Part shown: positions 24,908-36,500 of the stretch, one piece after another
Numbering within the stretch: the stretch's first letter is position 1
How the letters are laid out: each line of letters begins with the position of its first letter
Source: Phyllosticta citribraziliensis
Taxonomy: Eukaryota
Length of the DNA: 64,000 bases
Assembly: GCF_038025025.1 (NCBI RefSeq)
Contig: NW_027117343.1
Span: 868,001 to 932,000 of the forward strand
Direction: 5' to 3'
Notes under the pieces: model-generated
Databases searched by the model: none
What the model was told of the DNA's origin: nothing
The model's input: only the letters and a program-made list of their open reading frames with translations
Made by a program: the position numbers and the translations under genes

Positions 24908-25746
24908 CACGCGTTCATGTGGAATGTTAGGAGACGATGCTGCTTGGCCGAGATTTGGCTTTTGGTATACCCCTTTCCCCCGTTTTTCCTCTTTCTCCTT
25001 GCGCTGTTCTTGGGTTTTGTGGATTTGGTCTCGAAATGTGGCGGGTTGGCAAAAAGGGCGCAGCATGCGGTGGATTCGTGTCCTTATACTTTGCTTACGC
25101 TTTCTAGGGTCTCTGGTTGCTCTGTCTGCGTCTTTCTGGTCATATGAACGACAGCAAGAGCCCCTGGCCAGGGTAACCAGCGAGATAAAATCTAATGTAT
25201 CGAATTCATGTCAGTCCTGGTCTTCGAAGATGAAGGGCTTTGACCAGTCGCCGCTGGTACAAAGCACATCACACTTCAATGTTCACTCGCCCCATATCTT
25301 CGACGTTTTTCCCAGAACTTAACACAGTCCTCCTTCTTTCTGGAACAGACCACGGAATACTTCTACAGCTTCCAAATGAGCCTCACTGGCCCTTGTGTAT
25401 CAACAACGGGACAAAAGAAGGATAGTGATGAATGGTATCCACATCTTGGCCCGCAATATGTGGTTGAAACATGCAACATTCAAGAAGAAGGATGGGATAT
25501 CGACGAAGCTTTTGGAACCAACCAGCATAGCGTCGTCTGCAGAAATGTTGACAGCCGACTGTTTCTTGGACCGGCTGCCGGTGGAAGGTTCCATTTTGTC
25601 TGAGACGGCTCTGCAATTCGCAATTCACCACTAGCAAATAGCAAACCTACTACATTCCCCTTCCCTCCCTTGTCGGTCTTTAAGCGGCGATATTTCTGAA
25701 ATTTGTTGCTGTCCCTTTGCCCTTTCTCGCCATTCTACAAGCAACG

Positions 25747-26607
25747 ATGTTTACGAACTCTGCTGTCGACCCCTCTCCTCGACTTCTCAGGTTTCCGCTC
25801 CCTCCAGACTACTCGGACCTTGCTGCCAACCCTTCTCCTCAACTCAGGTTCCAGCTCCCTGAAGACCACTCCGTCACCAACAATCTCGCCACTCCGCCCA
25901 GCATGCTAAACTACACATCCATCGAGGAGCTCTACCGCCTCCCCATCCTCGAAAGTCCCGAAGACTTCAACCTCTGGCGCGCAGTCATCGAAGACTACCT
26001 CACATCGCTAGGCCTATGGCACGAAATCATGGGCGCGGACCCGGACGTCGTCCCAGCCAAACCAAACAAGGACAACTACTGGTTCGCGCCCTCCCCTTTC
26101 AACAGCAAGCCCTCCGCCTCGGCCATGAACACCGGGTTCCGCAGCTTTGGCTTCAAGGACCCTGCTCCCGCCGTCTTTCAAGTCAAGAGGCCCTTTCAGA
26201 ATGAGAGGTACCGCAAGGATAGCAAGGACTTTTGGGAGTGGAAGGCTCGCGATGCGCGCGTGCGTATGGTTATGAGGAGCACGGTTTCGGAGGATCTGAA
26301 TCGGAAGCTGCCGGCTGGCTCGGCGCATGAGATGTACACCTTCATTTGCAAACTGTTCGATACGCATGCGGTCGCCAAGGAGGAGTCTAAGGAGGAGGCC
26401 ATGAAGGAAGCCAAGAAAGAGCTCAAGACGGAGGTCAAGAAGGGGATCAAGAAGGAGGCCGAGGAGGAGGTCAAGAAGGAGGTCAGGACGGAGATCAAGA
26501 CGGAGGCTGAGGAGGAGATCAAGGAGGATTCCAACGAGAAGGCCAAAGACAAGGTCAAGGGAGAGTCCAAGGAGGAGGCCAAGGAGGAGGCCAAAGAGAA
26601 GGCCTAA
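25747..26607 (+). CDS. Hypothetical protein with a Ty1/Copia Gag-like (DUF4219/UBN2-like) core and a K/E-rich repeat tail
   Basis: LESPEDFNLWRAVIEDYLTSLGLW...WKARDARVRMVMRSTVSEDL...SAHEMYTFICKLF resembles the Copia Gag N-terminal pattern. Strong GC3 bias. First ATG at 25747, alternative at 25903. Confidence 0.6.
   Translation: MFTNSAVDPSPRLLRFPLPPDYSDLAANPSPQLRFQLPEDHSVTNNLATPPSMLNYTSIEELYRLPILESPEDFNLWRAVIEDYLTSLGLWHEIMGADPDVVPAKPNKDNYWFAPSPFNSKPSASAMNTGFRSFGFKDPAPAVFQVKRPFQNERYRKDSKDFWEWKARDARVRMVMRSTVSEDLNRKLPAGSAHEMYTFICKLFDTHAVAKEESKEEAMKEAKKELKTEVKKGIKKEAEEEVKKEVRTEIKTEAEEEIKEDSNEKAKDKVKGESKEEAKEEAKEKA
26373..26604 (+). repeat. Degenerate 12-bp (4-codon) coding tandem repeat, xKxE units
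   Basis: GCCAAGGAGGAG / GTCAAGAAGGAG / ATCAAGACGGAG-type units encoding AKEE SKEE..AKKE LKTE VKKG IKKE AEEE VKKE...AKEE AKEK. Confidence 0.8.
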
Positions 26608-28154
26608 GGGCATGTATCAGGGGACGACATGCATGCCGTAGCTAGAAACCCCTTATGCACAAAGATGGCACCTGAAATACCAGCAGGCAGTGGATGGAAC
26701 TAGACGTGGAGTTGATGAGCAAATTCGGAAGGGTCATTTCAAGAGAAATTTACAGTAGTGATTTTGTGCTAGGAATTCCTGAGCGTCTAGAGACGCGTTC
26801 GTCAGCGAATGCCAGCCCATATGATTTGGATTTGAGCAACATGATGTCTGTTCATGACAAACAAACCGTTGCGACCGTTGAAAGCTCCTCGTGCACATTC
26901 ATCAGTCAGCCTCGCAGGCAGTCGAATGTTCCTCCTCAGCTCGCCTAAACTCCTCAATTCGTCGAATCATGTTCCTGTGACCCTTCATCACAATATGTTG
27001 CTACTTATCAGAACGCGGCAGCCAATCTTGCAAAAGTTCTCCTGGGCCAACTCGGCCCCCCAAACAGCGCGGAAAAGTGTACCTAGCTCATCAATGTGGC
27101 AAGCCTGTAATCTACACACTCAGGAGCACATCTGCAAAGTCTGTCAGTGGAGCGGAAACAGTGTGGGCCTGTTCGCCTTTTAAACATCGAAGTCCTGTCC
27201 GCACCACGTCACAAGGAGGCATGTAATGTTGGGAATGGGGCATGTGGACAACGCAGTTCAACCACACGCCAACGCACAGCCTTCTCATTGAAAAGACAGA
27301 AAAGCAAGTCAGATTCCGCGTGGTCGCAGCTGCAAGACCTTTGAAAATTCCTCCCCCTTGCCCCTTCCCGCTCCCCGCCCCCAAGCAATACAAAAACCCA
27401 AAATCCCACTTCAACCACCACGTACGACCACAGCACGTAGAGAATTCGGAACCCCGTCCGCTCTTCCATAGACAAGCTACGTTGCGGGCGATTAGTAGTT
27501 GCGTGGGTGACCAGCAGCGAATCCCGCCTGTTGTACGTTTTGTTTTTGTCCTTGGTCAACCAATGATTCCTTGTCGATTTTTTTGCTTCGATTTTCTGTG
27601 GGCGGGAGGTGGTTGGTGCGTGGTCGGCTGTGCGTGGGGCGGTTGGTCTCGGCACAAGGGCGATCATTGAGCAGTCGTGATGGACGCACCCGTGTCGATG
27701 TGAGGAGAGCTTTGCGCGGTTGTTTGTATGTTGTGAGATGGCTCTGGTAAAGTCGTTTTAGTTGTGCGTAACATGCACAAGTGTTTCTGGGATACTGACT
27801 GCTCATTTTGGGAGTCAAAGTACAGAAGGGCCAGAATTTAGGTGTAAAAGAAGTTGCTGATAGAAGAAAGAGATTCAGCAATGAGAACAACGATGACTTC
27901 TCTTGACCCTGGTCCGTCATGCAAGATGGGAAGTTGGCGATGAACTTGCGAGTTTTCGGCAATTCCTAAAATTCCAGGTTTCGCGTGACAGGCAGAAGGA
28001 CCATGTAGTATAGGAGATTCAGGATTATGATTAGTATACTAAGCGGACGTTTGTGCGAGTTGTCCGATGCAGAAATGCTAGTTAATGCCTCGAGATGTAC
28101 CAAGATGCGCCGTATGAACAACGAAAACATGCACAGCATGTACAAGTTTCGGCC

Positions 28155-30299
28155 TCAGGCCAAGGCCTTGTAGGCCAACTTCCTCACTCTCCCCCACCCA
28201 CCCTCAAAGTCTTCTTTTTCTCCAATCGTCCGCACCTGCTCCACGGCCCTCTGCGCGCGAATCATGTCCTCGGTAAACCATTCTCCGTGCAAGCCATAGG
28301 GCACGCGCTGGGGCAGGCGCACCCGCGCTACCACATCGCGCATGTGAGTTGCATCTAGGACCCACAGCTCCGAGACGGCGTTCGGTGGAGCTTCGCCATC
28401 GGCGTCGAGTTGGCTCTCATCAAAGGCGTAGAAGAGAAGGTAGCCGTCATCTTCTGATTTAGCTTCCGCGCGCGGAACGAAACGAGCTTCTTGCGCAAAC
28501 CAACCGACCGGCATGTGAAAGCATCGGATAGGGTCGTCAGACTTGGCAGTCCCGGCTTCTTGCGCGGCGAGTATGGATCCAATGGGGCGCGTGTCGACAC
28601 AGCCGGTGATGGGAGTGGGCGGATTGGCCTCGGCGCGGCGGAGCAGCGTGTGCACGTCAAGTTTGGCCAGAACGTCGATTTTGGCTGCTTTGCCTAAGGC
28701 CGCGCCGAAGGAGGAGGTGCTGGTGCTACAGCCGTAGACGTAGCGCGCGGCAGCCATGGAGAAGAAAGGATTGACGGCAGGGAATTCAAGGGGGATTGCC
28801 GAGAGCGCAAATTGGTGCGAGATGGTCGGCTTGTCTGGCGTTGTGAGCGGGAAGCGATAGTAGTAGAGTTGGCATTGTTCTTCTTCGTCGAGCGGAGAAA
28901 CAATATAAGCGGATTCGATCAAGGGGAGTGAGTCCTCAGGCTTCGACTCGAGATCCGACGCCGCATCAAAGGCAGATCCACGGGAAATGCCGTTCAGTGT
29001 TGGCTTGTCTGTTTGATCGAACTCGTAGCTGTCGAAAAACGAAATTGGCTTTTTTGGTACAATGGAGTAGTCTGCAAGACTGGGATTTCCGAGATTGCCG
29101 GCTGTGTAAACAACAGTTGCCGAAGTTAGACGGCATGCTAGGAGGTTGACAGCTGAAACGTTTTCATCCTTTCCTTCAGAGTCCCAGGCATTTGCGGTGT
29201 GGAATATGCAACATGCTGAAGTTTCGAACCATTGCACTTGAGACGGGTTCCGCCGTGGAAAGACGCCAAACCTGGATGGGGCAGACGGGTCGTATGAGAG
29301 CGTAGGTCGGTTCTTGAGGAGATTCAAAGGATCCAAAGTCAGGGGAAGGTCCAAAATCACGGTGTGCTTTTTCGAAACGCCAAAGTCATGCATCATTTTG
29401 CCGCCTGAGACGCCGCGCACCGGTTGATTCAAAAGTTTAGGAACAGTCGGGCCCTTCGGTTGCCTGTCTTGATTCGCCGGAATGATGGAATAGTGGACGT
29501 ACGGGGGCGCAAATGTACAGTGGTAGAGCAACATTTCTTTTGTCACAGGGTCAACCTTTGGATGGCCAGTCGTCCATTCTTTCATGAAACCGAGCAGCCC
29601 ATCACCTCCAAATCCAGCCTCCTTCTTTTCGTCTTCCGGCTTTTCCAGAGCTTCCCCGTCGGCTTCGTTGCCGTCGAACCAGCCTACGGTGTCCAGACTT
29701 GGCAGAGCGATTCTCATTGGTGGCCCACTTTCACAGGTTGCCAGTGCGCGTCCGTCGTGGTAATATATGGCGGTGTTGGCGACGCTGATTTTCTTGATCG
29801 CTTGACGAGATCCGGGTAGAAAGGACAACACGACGAGAAAGATGGTCCTCGTAATGCGCGAAATGATGCGAATCAGGCTCGAAGCTGGATTGACCAATGT
29901 TGCAATGCTTGGGAGAATTGGGTGTCGCAGAGAAGGGTTGGTCGTAGTGGCCAAAAAGACGTCGGTGAGAATGTACTGGGCCACGAACTCGGGCTCAACT
30001 TCCCCAGTGCTCCCTCTTTTGAACAAGACGCCAGAGAGCATGCCGTCGCCGTCAAACCAGTGGGCGTCGCGGCCCAGGTCCTCGTTGGAGACGGGGTTTG
30101 CGCCATTGCGAACATACTGGCCGCCGACGAGTTCTCGGGGAATAGTGCCAGTATATGTACACGGGGTCAAAGGGCGGGTCTGGATGATTGGAGCATAGTT
30201 GCCAGAGAGATATCTGTATGGGGTCAGAAGCTTTGAAATTGGACAGTTGGAGCAATTGACGTACGGGTGTCTGTCGTCGCGTCCTTTGAGAGGCCGCAT
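28155..30299 (-). CDS. carX: Carotenoid cleavage oxygenase (CarX-type, beta-carotene to retinal)
   Basis: HP|YLSGNYAP after removing a 51-nt intron (30264..30214); YVRNGANP, HWFDGDGM, four iron-ligand histidines (TTGHPK, MMHDF, IFHTANAWD, GLHGEW); divergent from carRA. Confidence 0.92.
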   Translation of the reverse strand: MRPLKGRDDRHPYVNCSNCPISKLLTPYRYLSGNYAPIIQTRPLTPCTYTGTIPRELVGGQYVRNGANPVSNEDLGRDAHWFDGDGMLSGVLFKRGSTGEVEPEFVAQYILTDVFLATTTNPSLRHPILPSIATLVNPASSLIRIISRITRTIFLVVLSFLPGSRQAIKKISVANTAIYYHDGRALATCESGPPMRIALPSLDTVGWFDGNEADGEALEKPEDEKKEAGFGGDGLLGFMKEWTTGHPKVDPVTKEMLLYHCTFAPPYVHYSIIPANQDRQPKGPTVPKLLNQPVRGVSGGKMMHDFGVSKKHTVILDLPLTLDPLNLLKNRPTLSYDPSAPSRFGVFPRRNPSQVQWFETSACCIFHTANAWDSEGKDENVSAVNLLACRLTSATVVYTAGNLGNPSLADYSIVPKKPISFFDSYEFDQTDKPTLNGISRGSAFDAASDLESKPEDSLPLIESAYIVSPLDEEEQCQLYYYRFPLTTPDKPTISHQFALSAIPLEFPAVNPFFSMAAARYVYGCSTSTSSFGAALGKAAKIDVLAKLDVHTLLRRAEANPPTPITGCVDTRPIGSILAAQEAGTAKSDDPIRCFHMPVGWFAQEARFVPRAEAKSEDDGYLLFYAFDESQLDADGEAPPNAVSELWVLDATHMRDVVARVRLPQRVPYGLHGEWFTEDMIRAQRAVEQVRTIGEKEDFEGGWGRVRKLAYKALA

Positions 30300-30927
30300 T
30301 GCAATTCAAGTGTCGTAAAAGAGCGAGTCAACGGCACATGAAGACGACGGGCGGCGGTCGCGAGGGGACATGTCGAGCAGGACATGAGGGAGTGACAGGG
30401 GAGCCGGGGGCGGGGAAGACGGTAGTGCTAGTGGTGAGCAGGTGGGCACATGGGCAAACGGGAAGTGCATGGCGCCGATTTCGAAGCAGTTTCCTGGGGC
30501 AACTAGGATCAGTCGGGCATGACATGACGTTGACGGTCGAGGGTGCGGGGACAGAGTGGTGAGCCGTGTTTGAGAGTAAAAGCGGCACGTCAAAGGCCCA
30601 AGCGCGATCGCCAAGTCGCTTACTTAGCTCGGATACGGTATGCATCGCCCTAAGCGGGACTGCCGAGCTCGCCCCGAGGCCGTTGGGTGGCTGGCGCTGC
30701 TGGTACCTTGCTGCTACCCTCAACACCATGTCCCGCAGCTAGCCAACTCAAATCTTGCTCCAATCCCATCTCGCGCTCTTGTCTTCCCAGCCGCAACTGT
30801 TCTGCTCTGCGCTTGCTCGTCACGTCACGTCTTATCGCTCCACCGCTCGCTCGTCCTCCGCGCACGTTCCTGCAGCTCCCTCGCCGGGTAATGGCATAGC
30901 ACCACGCACCCTTCCGCTGGCTGCGCA
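30300..30927. promoter_or_regulatory. Bidirectional promoter region shared by carX and carRA
   Basis: 628-bp spacer between divergent ATGs (30299 and 30928). Contains GCGATCGC near 30604 and tandem TCACGTCACGTC near 30820. Function inferred from position. Confidence 0.65.
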
Positions 30928-32993
30928 ATGGGTTTCGACTATGCCCTTGTGTACGCCGTTTCAACCCTCCACTCCCGTCTCTCTTCTGACACGTGAGCTA
31001 GACATCTCAAGTATACCATTCCTCCAGCCATTGTTCTCTCCATCGCATACCGTCCTCTCTTGACGCGCCTCGACCTGTACCGAATCGCCTTTCTCGTCGT
31101 GGTCAGTATGCGCCGCGCGCCTGCCATCAATCTGATCCTCTCTGATGTCTGTAGATCGCCGTCCTCTCCACCATCCCTTGGGATTCTTACTTGATTCGCA
31201 CCCGCGTGTGGTCCTATCCTTCCCATGTCATCATCGGCCCGAAGCTACTCGATATCCCTGCCGAAGAGGTCTTCTTTTTCGTCATACAGACCTTCAACAC
31301 CTCGCTCCTGTACCTCTTCCTCAGCAAACCAGTCTTCCATCCGGCATACCTGCACACCGAAAAAAAGTCGCCTAATGCCGGATATTTGCGGTTGTCCCAT
31401 TGGGCGCTATTGAAGCGGGGAGGCCAAGCCGCCCTGGCACTTGGCATCTTCATCAGCATTCGCATGATCAAAACCGGCGGCCACGGCACATATCTTGGTC
31501 TCATCGTTTTATGGGCATTTCCGTTCTTGCTGCTTTTGTGGTAATTTCAAAATACGACCCACAATTAGACGAGGCTGCTAACGGCATATAGGAGTCTAGC
31601 ATACCAGTTCCTCATTAATCTTCCAAAGTATAGCATTGGTCTTCCAATTGCAATCCCGACATTGTACCTATGGCTTGTTGATACACTCGCTCTGCAACGA
31701 GGGACATGGGTAATCGAAAGCGATACGAAGACTGGCATCCATCTCTGGCCAGGTCTCGAAATAGAGTGCGTCACCACTTGATAAGCTTCCGCATTCGCTA
31801 ACCTTACCCAGAGAAGCTTTTTTCTTCCTGGTAACCAATTGTCTCATTGTCTTCGGGTTGGTCGCGTTTGACAATGCTCTGGCTGTGCTCAACGCGTGCC
31901 CAAAACATTTTCCCTCGGTCCCGGCTTGGCCATCACCCCTCTTACTCGTCCGCGCCCTGTTGTTACCCGTCAGTGAATACGATGGAGAATATCTTGGGGC
32001 ATTGCGGGAGGCATTGGTCCGCTTGCGCCAAAAGAGCCGCAGCTTCTACCTTGCGAGCGGATCGTTCCAGGGTAGATTGCGCATGGACCTGATAGTGTTG
32101 TAAGTTGAAAACGCGGTCAACAACGCAGTTGCTGACACGTGCAAAGGTACTCTTATTGTCGCGCCGCGGACGATCTGGTCGACGAATCATCCGTCGGCCA
32201 AGCCAAAGAATGGATTGCGAAAATGCGCAAATTCCTGGACATTTCATACGAAAAAGGCGGACAAAGGGATCTAGCCTCCAACTTTATCGACAAACAGTTT
32301 CCTCAAAGATTCAAATCCGCTTTCCACCATCTTCCAACGGCCTACCTCTCCCGGAAGCCACTGTATGATATGTTGGACGGATTCGAAATGGACATTGCTT
32401 TTGAAGTGGCTGGCAATGACACCTCCCGCCATCCCATCAGAACAGTTGCGGACCTTGATCTCTACGGGGCACGTGTAGCTGGGACAGTGGCCGAGTCCAT
32501 TCTGGAGCTGGTCTTCCATCACCTTCCCAGCCACGTGACGACCAAAGAAAAAGCGCGGCTTTTGAAAGCAGGGGCTCGGATGGGAATCGCATTGCAGTAT
32601 GTCAACATCAGTCGCGACATTGCGGTCGACGCGCGCATTGGGCGCGTCTACATTCCTCTCGACTGGCTGGCTGAGCAGGATCTCACTCCGGCGGCGGTCA
32701 TTAAGAATCCGTCGGGAACGAGGGTCGAGGCACTTCGCTTGAAGCTCCTGGACAGAGCATTCGAATTATATGACGGGGCAAAGGACGCCATCGAGAGCCT
32801 GCCCGAGGATGCCAGAGGGCCGATGAGAGTGGCCGTGGAAAGCTACATGGAGATCGGCAGAGTCATCAAGCAGGAGGGCTACACGGTGCGCGCAGGCAGA
32901 GCAACAGTGCCAAAGAAGAGGCGGATCCGCGTGGCTTGGACAGCGCTCAGCGGGCCTGCCAGTACCGCTGCGGTCAAGGCTTCGTCACGATGA
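30928..32993 (+). CDS. carRA: Bifunctional lycopene cyclase/phytoene synthase (CarRA/Al-2)
   Basis: [80 protein letters not shown]. Five GT-AG introns (30951-31001, 31102-31154, 31541-31591, 31766-31811, 32100-32146). Confidence 0.96.
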
Positions 32994-33336
32994 AGTAATG
33001 TAATGTGTACGATGGGGGAGTTGTATGTAGTTAGCTTCGGAGATACCCATGTTGATGCATTCGGGTCGTTCGGAACAAACAGACCACAATCAGCTGTTTC
33101 TTTGACACTTGGTGGACGACGTGGAATTGGAAGCGGTGGAGTCAGGTGCTGTGCCGTCGGGTAGGCGGAGTGAGGTGATGGACCAGAATCCCTGTCGTCG
33201 ATCACGGCCAGTGCTTTTCGGCTCGCATCGGCAGGGATCCATGCATGCCAGGCCTCACTTCATGACGTCCTTGTCGCCGACTCCCAACCGCCATGGTGTT
33301 CGCACATCTTGCGATTTTCGTCCCTCACCCCTCCAA

Positions 33337-35367
33337 ATGGCGGAAAAGCACCCGCAAAAGACCGCCATCGTAGTCGGTACGCCTCAATCGCCCAATTGTG
33401 TCTTCAATGGCTCAGGACTGACCCGCTGCAGGCGCAGGAATCGGCGGCGTAGCAGCATCAGCGCGGCTGGCAAAAGCGGGCTACAAAGTGACCGTGATCG
33501 AGAAGAACGACTTTACCGGTGGCCGCCTATCTACCATTTCTCACGAGGGACATGTAAGACCCCGACGTCGTTTCTCGCCGAACTGCCTAGTAACCCGCTC
33601 CTCGACAGCGCTTTGACCAAGGCCCGTCGCTGCTACTCTTGCCACACTTTTTCGCCGAGACCTTTCACGACCTGGGCACGTCGCTCGAAGCCGAGGGCGT
33701 GCGCCTGCTCAAATGCGAACCAAACTACAATCTGTGGTTCGGGGACGGCCAGTCGTTCGAGCTGTCGACCGACCTCGCGCGCATGAAGACGGAGATTGAG
33801 AAGTGGGAGGGCAAGGACGGCTTCTCGCGCTACCTCGCATTCTTGCAAGAGTCGCACGCGCACTATGAGCTCTCGGTGGCGTACGTGCTGCGGCGGAATT
33901 TCACGTCGGTGCTGAGCATGCTGCGATGGGACTTTTTGAAGCATTTGATCGAGCTGCATCCGTTTGAGAGCATTTACTCGCGCGCCGCGAGGTACTTTTG
34001 GACTGAGAGATTGAGACGCGTCTTTACGTTTGCGAGCATGTATATGGGTATGAGTCCGTTTGATGCACCGGGCACGTACAGTTTGCTGCAGTACACCGAG
34101 TTGGCCGAGGGTATTTGGTATCCAGCGGGGGGCTTCCACAAAGTGGGTAGCAGTCTTGTGTGCGTACAGACATCCGGCTAACAGTCTCCAGGTTGTCGAA
34201 GCTCTCGTGTCCGTCGGACGTCGCCTAGGAGTAGAATATCGCCTCTCCACCCCCGTCTCCAAGGTTCTCCTCTCCCCAGACAATGCCACTGCGACTGGAG
34301 TACAGCTCGAATCCGGGGAAACACTGAGCGCAGACGTCGTGGTAGTAAACGCTGACCTCGTATACGCATACAACAACCTCCTGCCACAGACGCCTTACTC
34401 GCGAGCACTGGCCTCTCGACCGCATTCCTGCAGCTCCATATCTTTCTACTGGTCACTGGACCGCCAGGTGCCAGAGCTCAAGCCGCACAACATCTTCCTG
34501 GCCGACGAGTACCGCGAGAGTTTCGACAGCATCTTCAAACACCATCTCATCCCCTCGGCGCCATCCTTCTACGTCAACGTGCCCTCGCGCATCGACGCAT
34601 CGGCCGCTCCGCCAGGCAAGGAATCCGTCGTAGTCCTCGTCCCCGTCGGCCACCTCCTCGACGACGCCTCCGATGGTCCGGCGCCCTCGACCCCCAACGC
34701 CTCAGGCACGCCCGCCACAGCGACCCAAGACTGGCCCGCAATGCAAGCGCTTGCGCGCAAAACCATCCTGTCGACCATCGCAGCGCGCACCGGCATCGAC
34801 CTGGCGCCGCACATCGTCCACGAATCGACCAACACGCCGCGCACGTGGGCGGCGTCGTTCCACCTGCACCGCGGCGCCATCCTGGGTCTCGCGCACGACT
34901 TCTTCGACGTGCTGTGCTTCCGGCCCAAGACGCGGCACGAGCTGCCGTCGGCCGCGGCTGCCACGGTACTGCGCCTGCTGGAGCGCGTCGGGCTGGCTGG
35001 CGGACGCGTCGCCGACGTTGCGGGCGCGGTCGCTGCTGCTGTGGCGCCGGGGCGGGGCGTCAGGGGGCTGTATTTCGTTGGCGCTAGCACGCATCCGGGG
35101 ACTGGCGTGCCGATTGTGCTGGCGGGCGCGAAGGTGGTCATTGAGGGCGTGTTGGCGGATAGGGGCGAGAAGGCGCCGTGGGAGGCTACAGGGAACGAAG
35201 TGTTTGGAAAAGCTAGGGGAGAGGGCGAAGGCATTGACAAGGTGGAAGGAGGCGCGGCGATGGGGAGCTGGGTCTGGGTGCTGCTGCTTTTGGGCGGACT
35301 CGTTGCCGCTGTGCTCGTCCTGTCTGGCGGGCCGGCGTCTGGGGTGCGGTTGGGTGGGGATTGGTAG
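33337..35367 (+). CDS. carB: Phytoene desaturase (CarB/Al-1, CrtI family)
   Basis: AIVVG|AGIGG, EKNDFTGGR, RFDQGPSLL, MYMGMSPFDAPGTYSLLQY, GAILGLAH, LYFVGASTHPGTGVP, C-terminal TM segment. Introns 33377-33431, 33554-33608, 34143-34191. Confidence 0.96.
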
Positions 35368-36232
35368 GGGTGAGGGGGCGCGAGGGGGTCAGAATTCCGC
35401 CAGGGTAACATATCAGGTGGAGCTTGGACGACATGTAATACATAGGTAGCAGCACAGCCAACAGTCGTGTAATAGTACATCACCACTCGAGCAAGTTTAC
35501 TCGGCGCTCTCATCACAGCCATCTTGTCACTTTCCCTTCCCATGTCTTTCTTTTCTCCTCAACCACACGTACACCTACTGACCCACCCAACAAACGAGCA
35601 CCAAATCTTGGCCCCCCACCCTCTCCTCCTTAGTTTATGCCAATCCAGCCCCTGCCGCTTTACCCCTGTCGCACCATTGGCGGAGTGGGCAGCGGGAGGA
35701 AGACACACGAAACGTTGGCTACGCAGTACTCTCCGCAAAGTGGGGAAAATGGAGGGGTTGGAGGTGGTGTGGTGAGAGCAGAGTGGTGTAAGACAAGAGA
35801 GAGGGGAACTGGGGGTTTGGGGGACGAGGGGATGGTCTACATGGTATGAAGGGTTGAAGCGTGTACAGTACATTACTACGTGTATGTAGCCAGGTACCCG
35901 GACATAGATAGATGGGTTAGTACCTTTGCTTACACACGGCGCTCTCATTTGGTCGGAGAGAGCCGCACCACCTCCTTTCCTTTCCCTCCGCTCTCGCTCA
36001 AAACTGCTCGCGTGACACACATTGAGGATTCGGATTTAGATGCTCGCTTGATTGATCACCCCAGCCTCTCGCCTAATCAACGCATCACATCGTGAGCTGT
36101 CTAGCACAACACAGCGCACCATTTCTCCCTCACTCCTCACGACGGGCGCTACTGCCTCCAACAGCGCACGCACTGCAACTGCCAAATCAGAGGCGGCTGG
36201 GTGGGTGAGGTGGGTGGGAGAGTGGGAGTAGC

Positions 36233-36260
36233 GCATCACATCGCAGCGCAGCGCATCGCA
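36233..36260 (+). repeat. Left arm of a 28-bp perfect inverted repeat (partner at 41444..41471)
   Basis: gcatcacatcgcagcgcagcgcatcgca is the exact reverse complement of 41444..41471. Confidence 0.85.
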
Positions 36261-36470
36261 ACTCACGTACCGCACATTACATTAACTTAGCGCAAGGCCA
36301 TCGCGCGCCTAGCCTAGCGCAGCCGTGCCGCCCGTCTGGCTGGCTGTCTCGAAGAGACGAGGAGAGAAAAAGAGGGGAAGTGCGTGTCGTGTGTGGGGTG
36401 TGGGGATGCTCTGAAACGATGGCTCGGCCGGCGGGGGAGGAGGAGAGGAGGATGTGGTGGTGGGCAGGCG

Positions 36471-36500
36471 CGAACGAACGAACGAACGAACGAACGAACG
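36471..36500 (+). repeat. (CGAA)7 microsatellite
   Basis: Directly visible: cgaacgaacgaacgaacgaacgaacgaacg, followed by degenerate copies. Confidence 0.95.

Noticed and set aside
25300..28100. Possible LTRs or pol remnants around the Gag-like ORF
   Set aside because: No direct terminal repeats, PBS/PPT or RT/integrase motifs seen by eye, so it was not called a mobile element.
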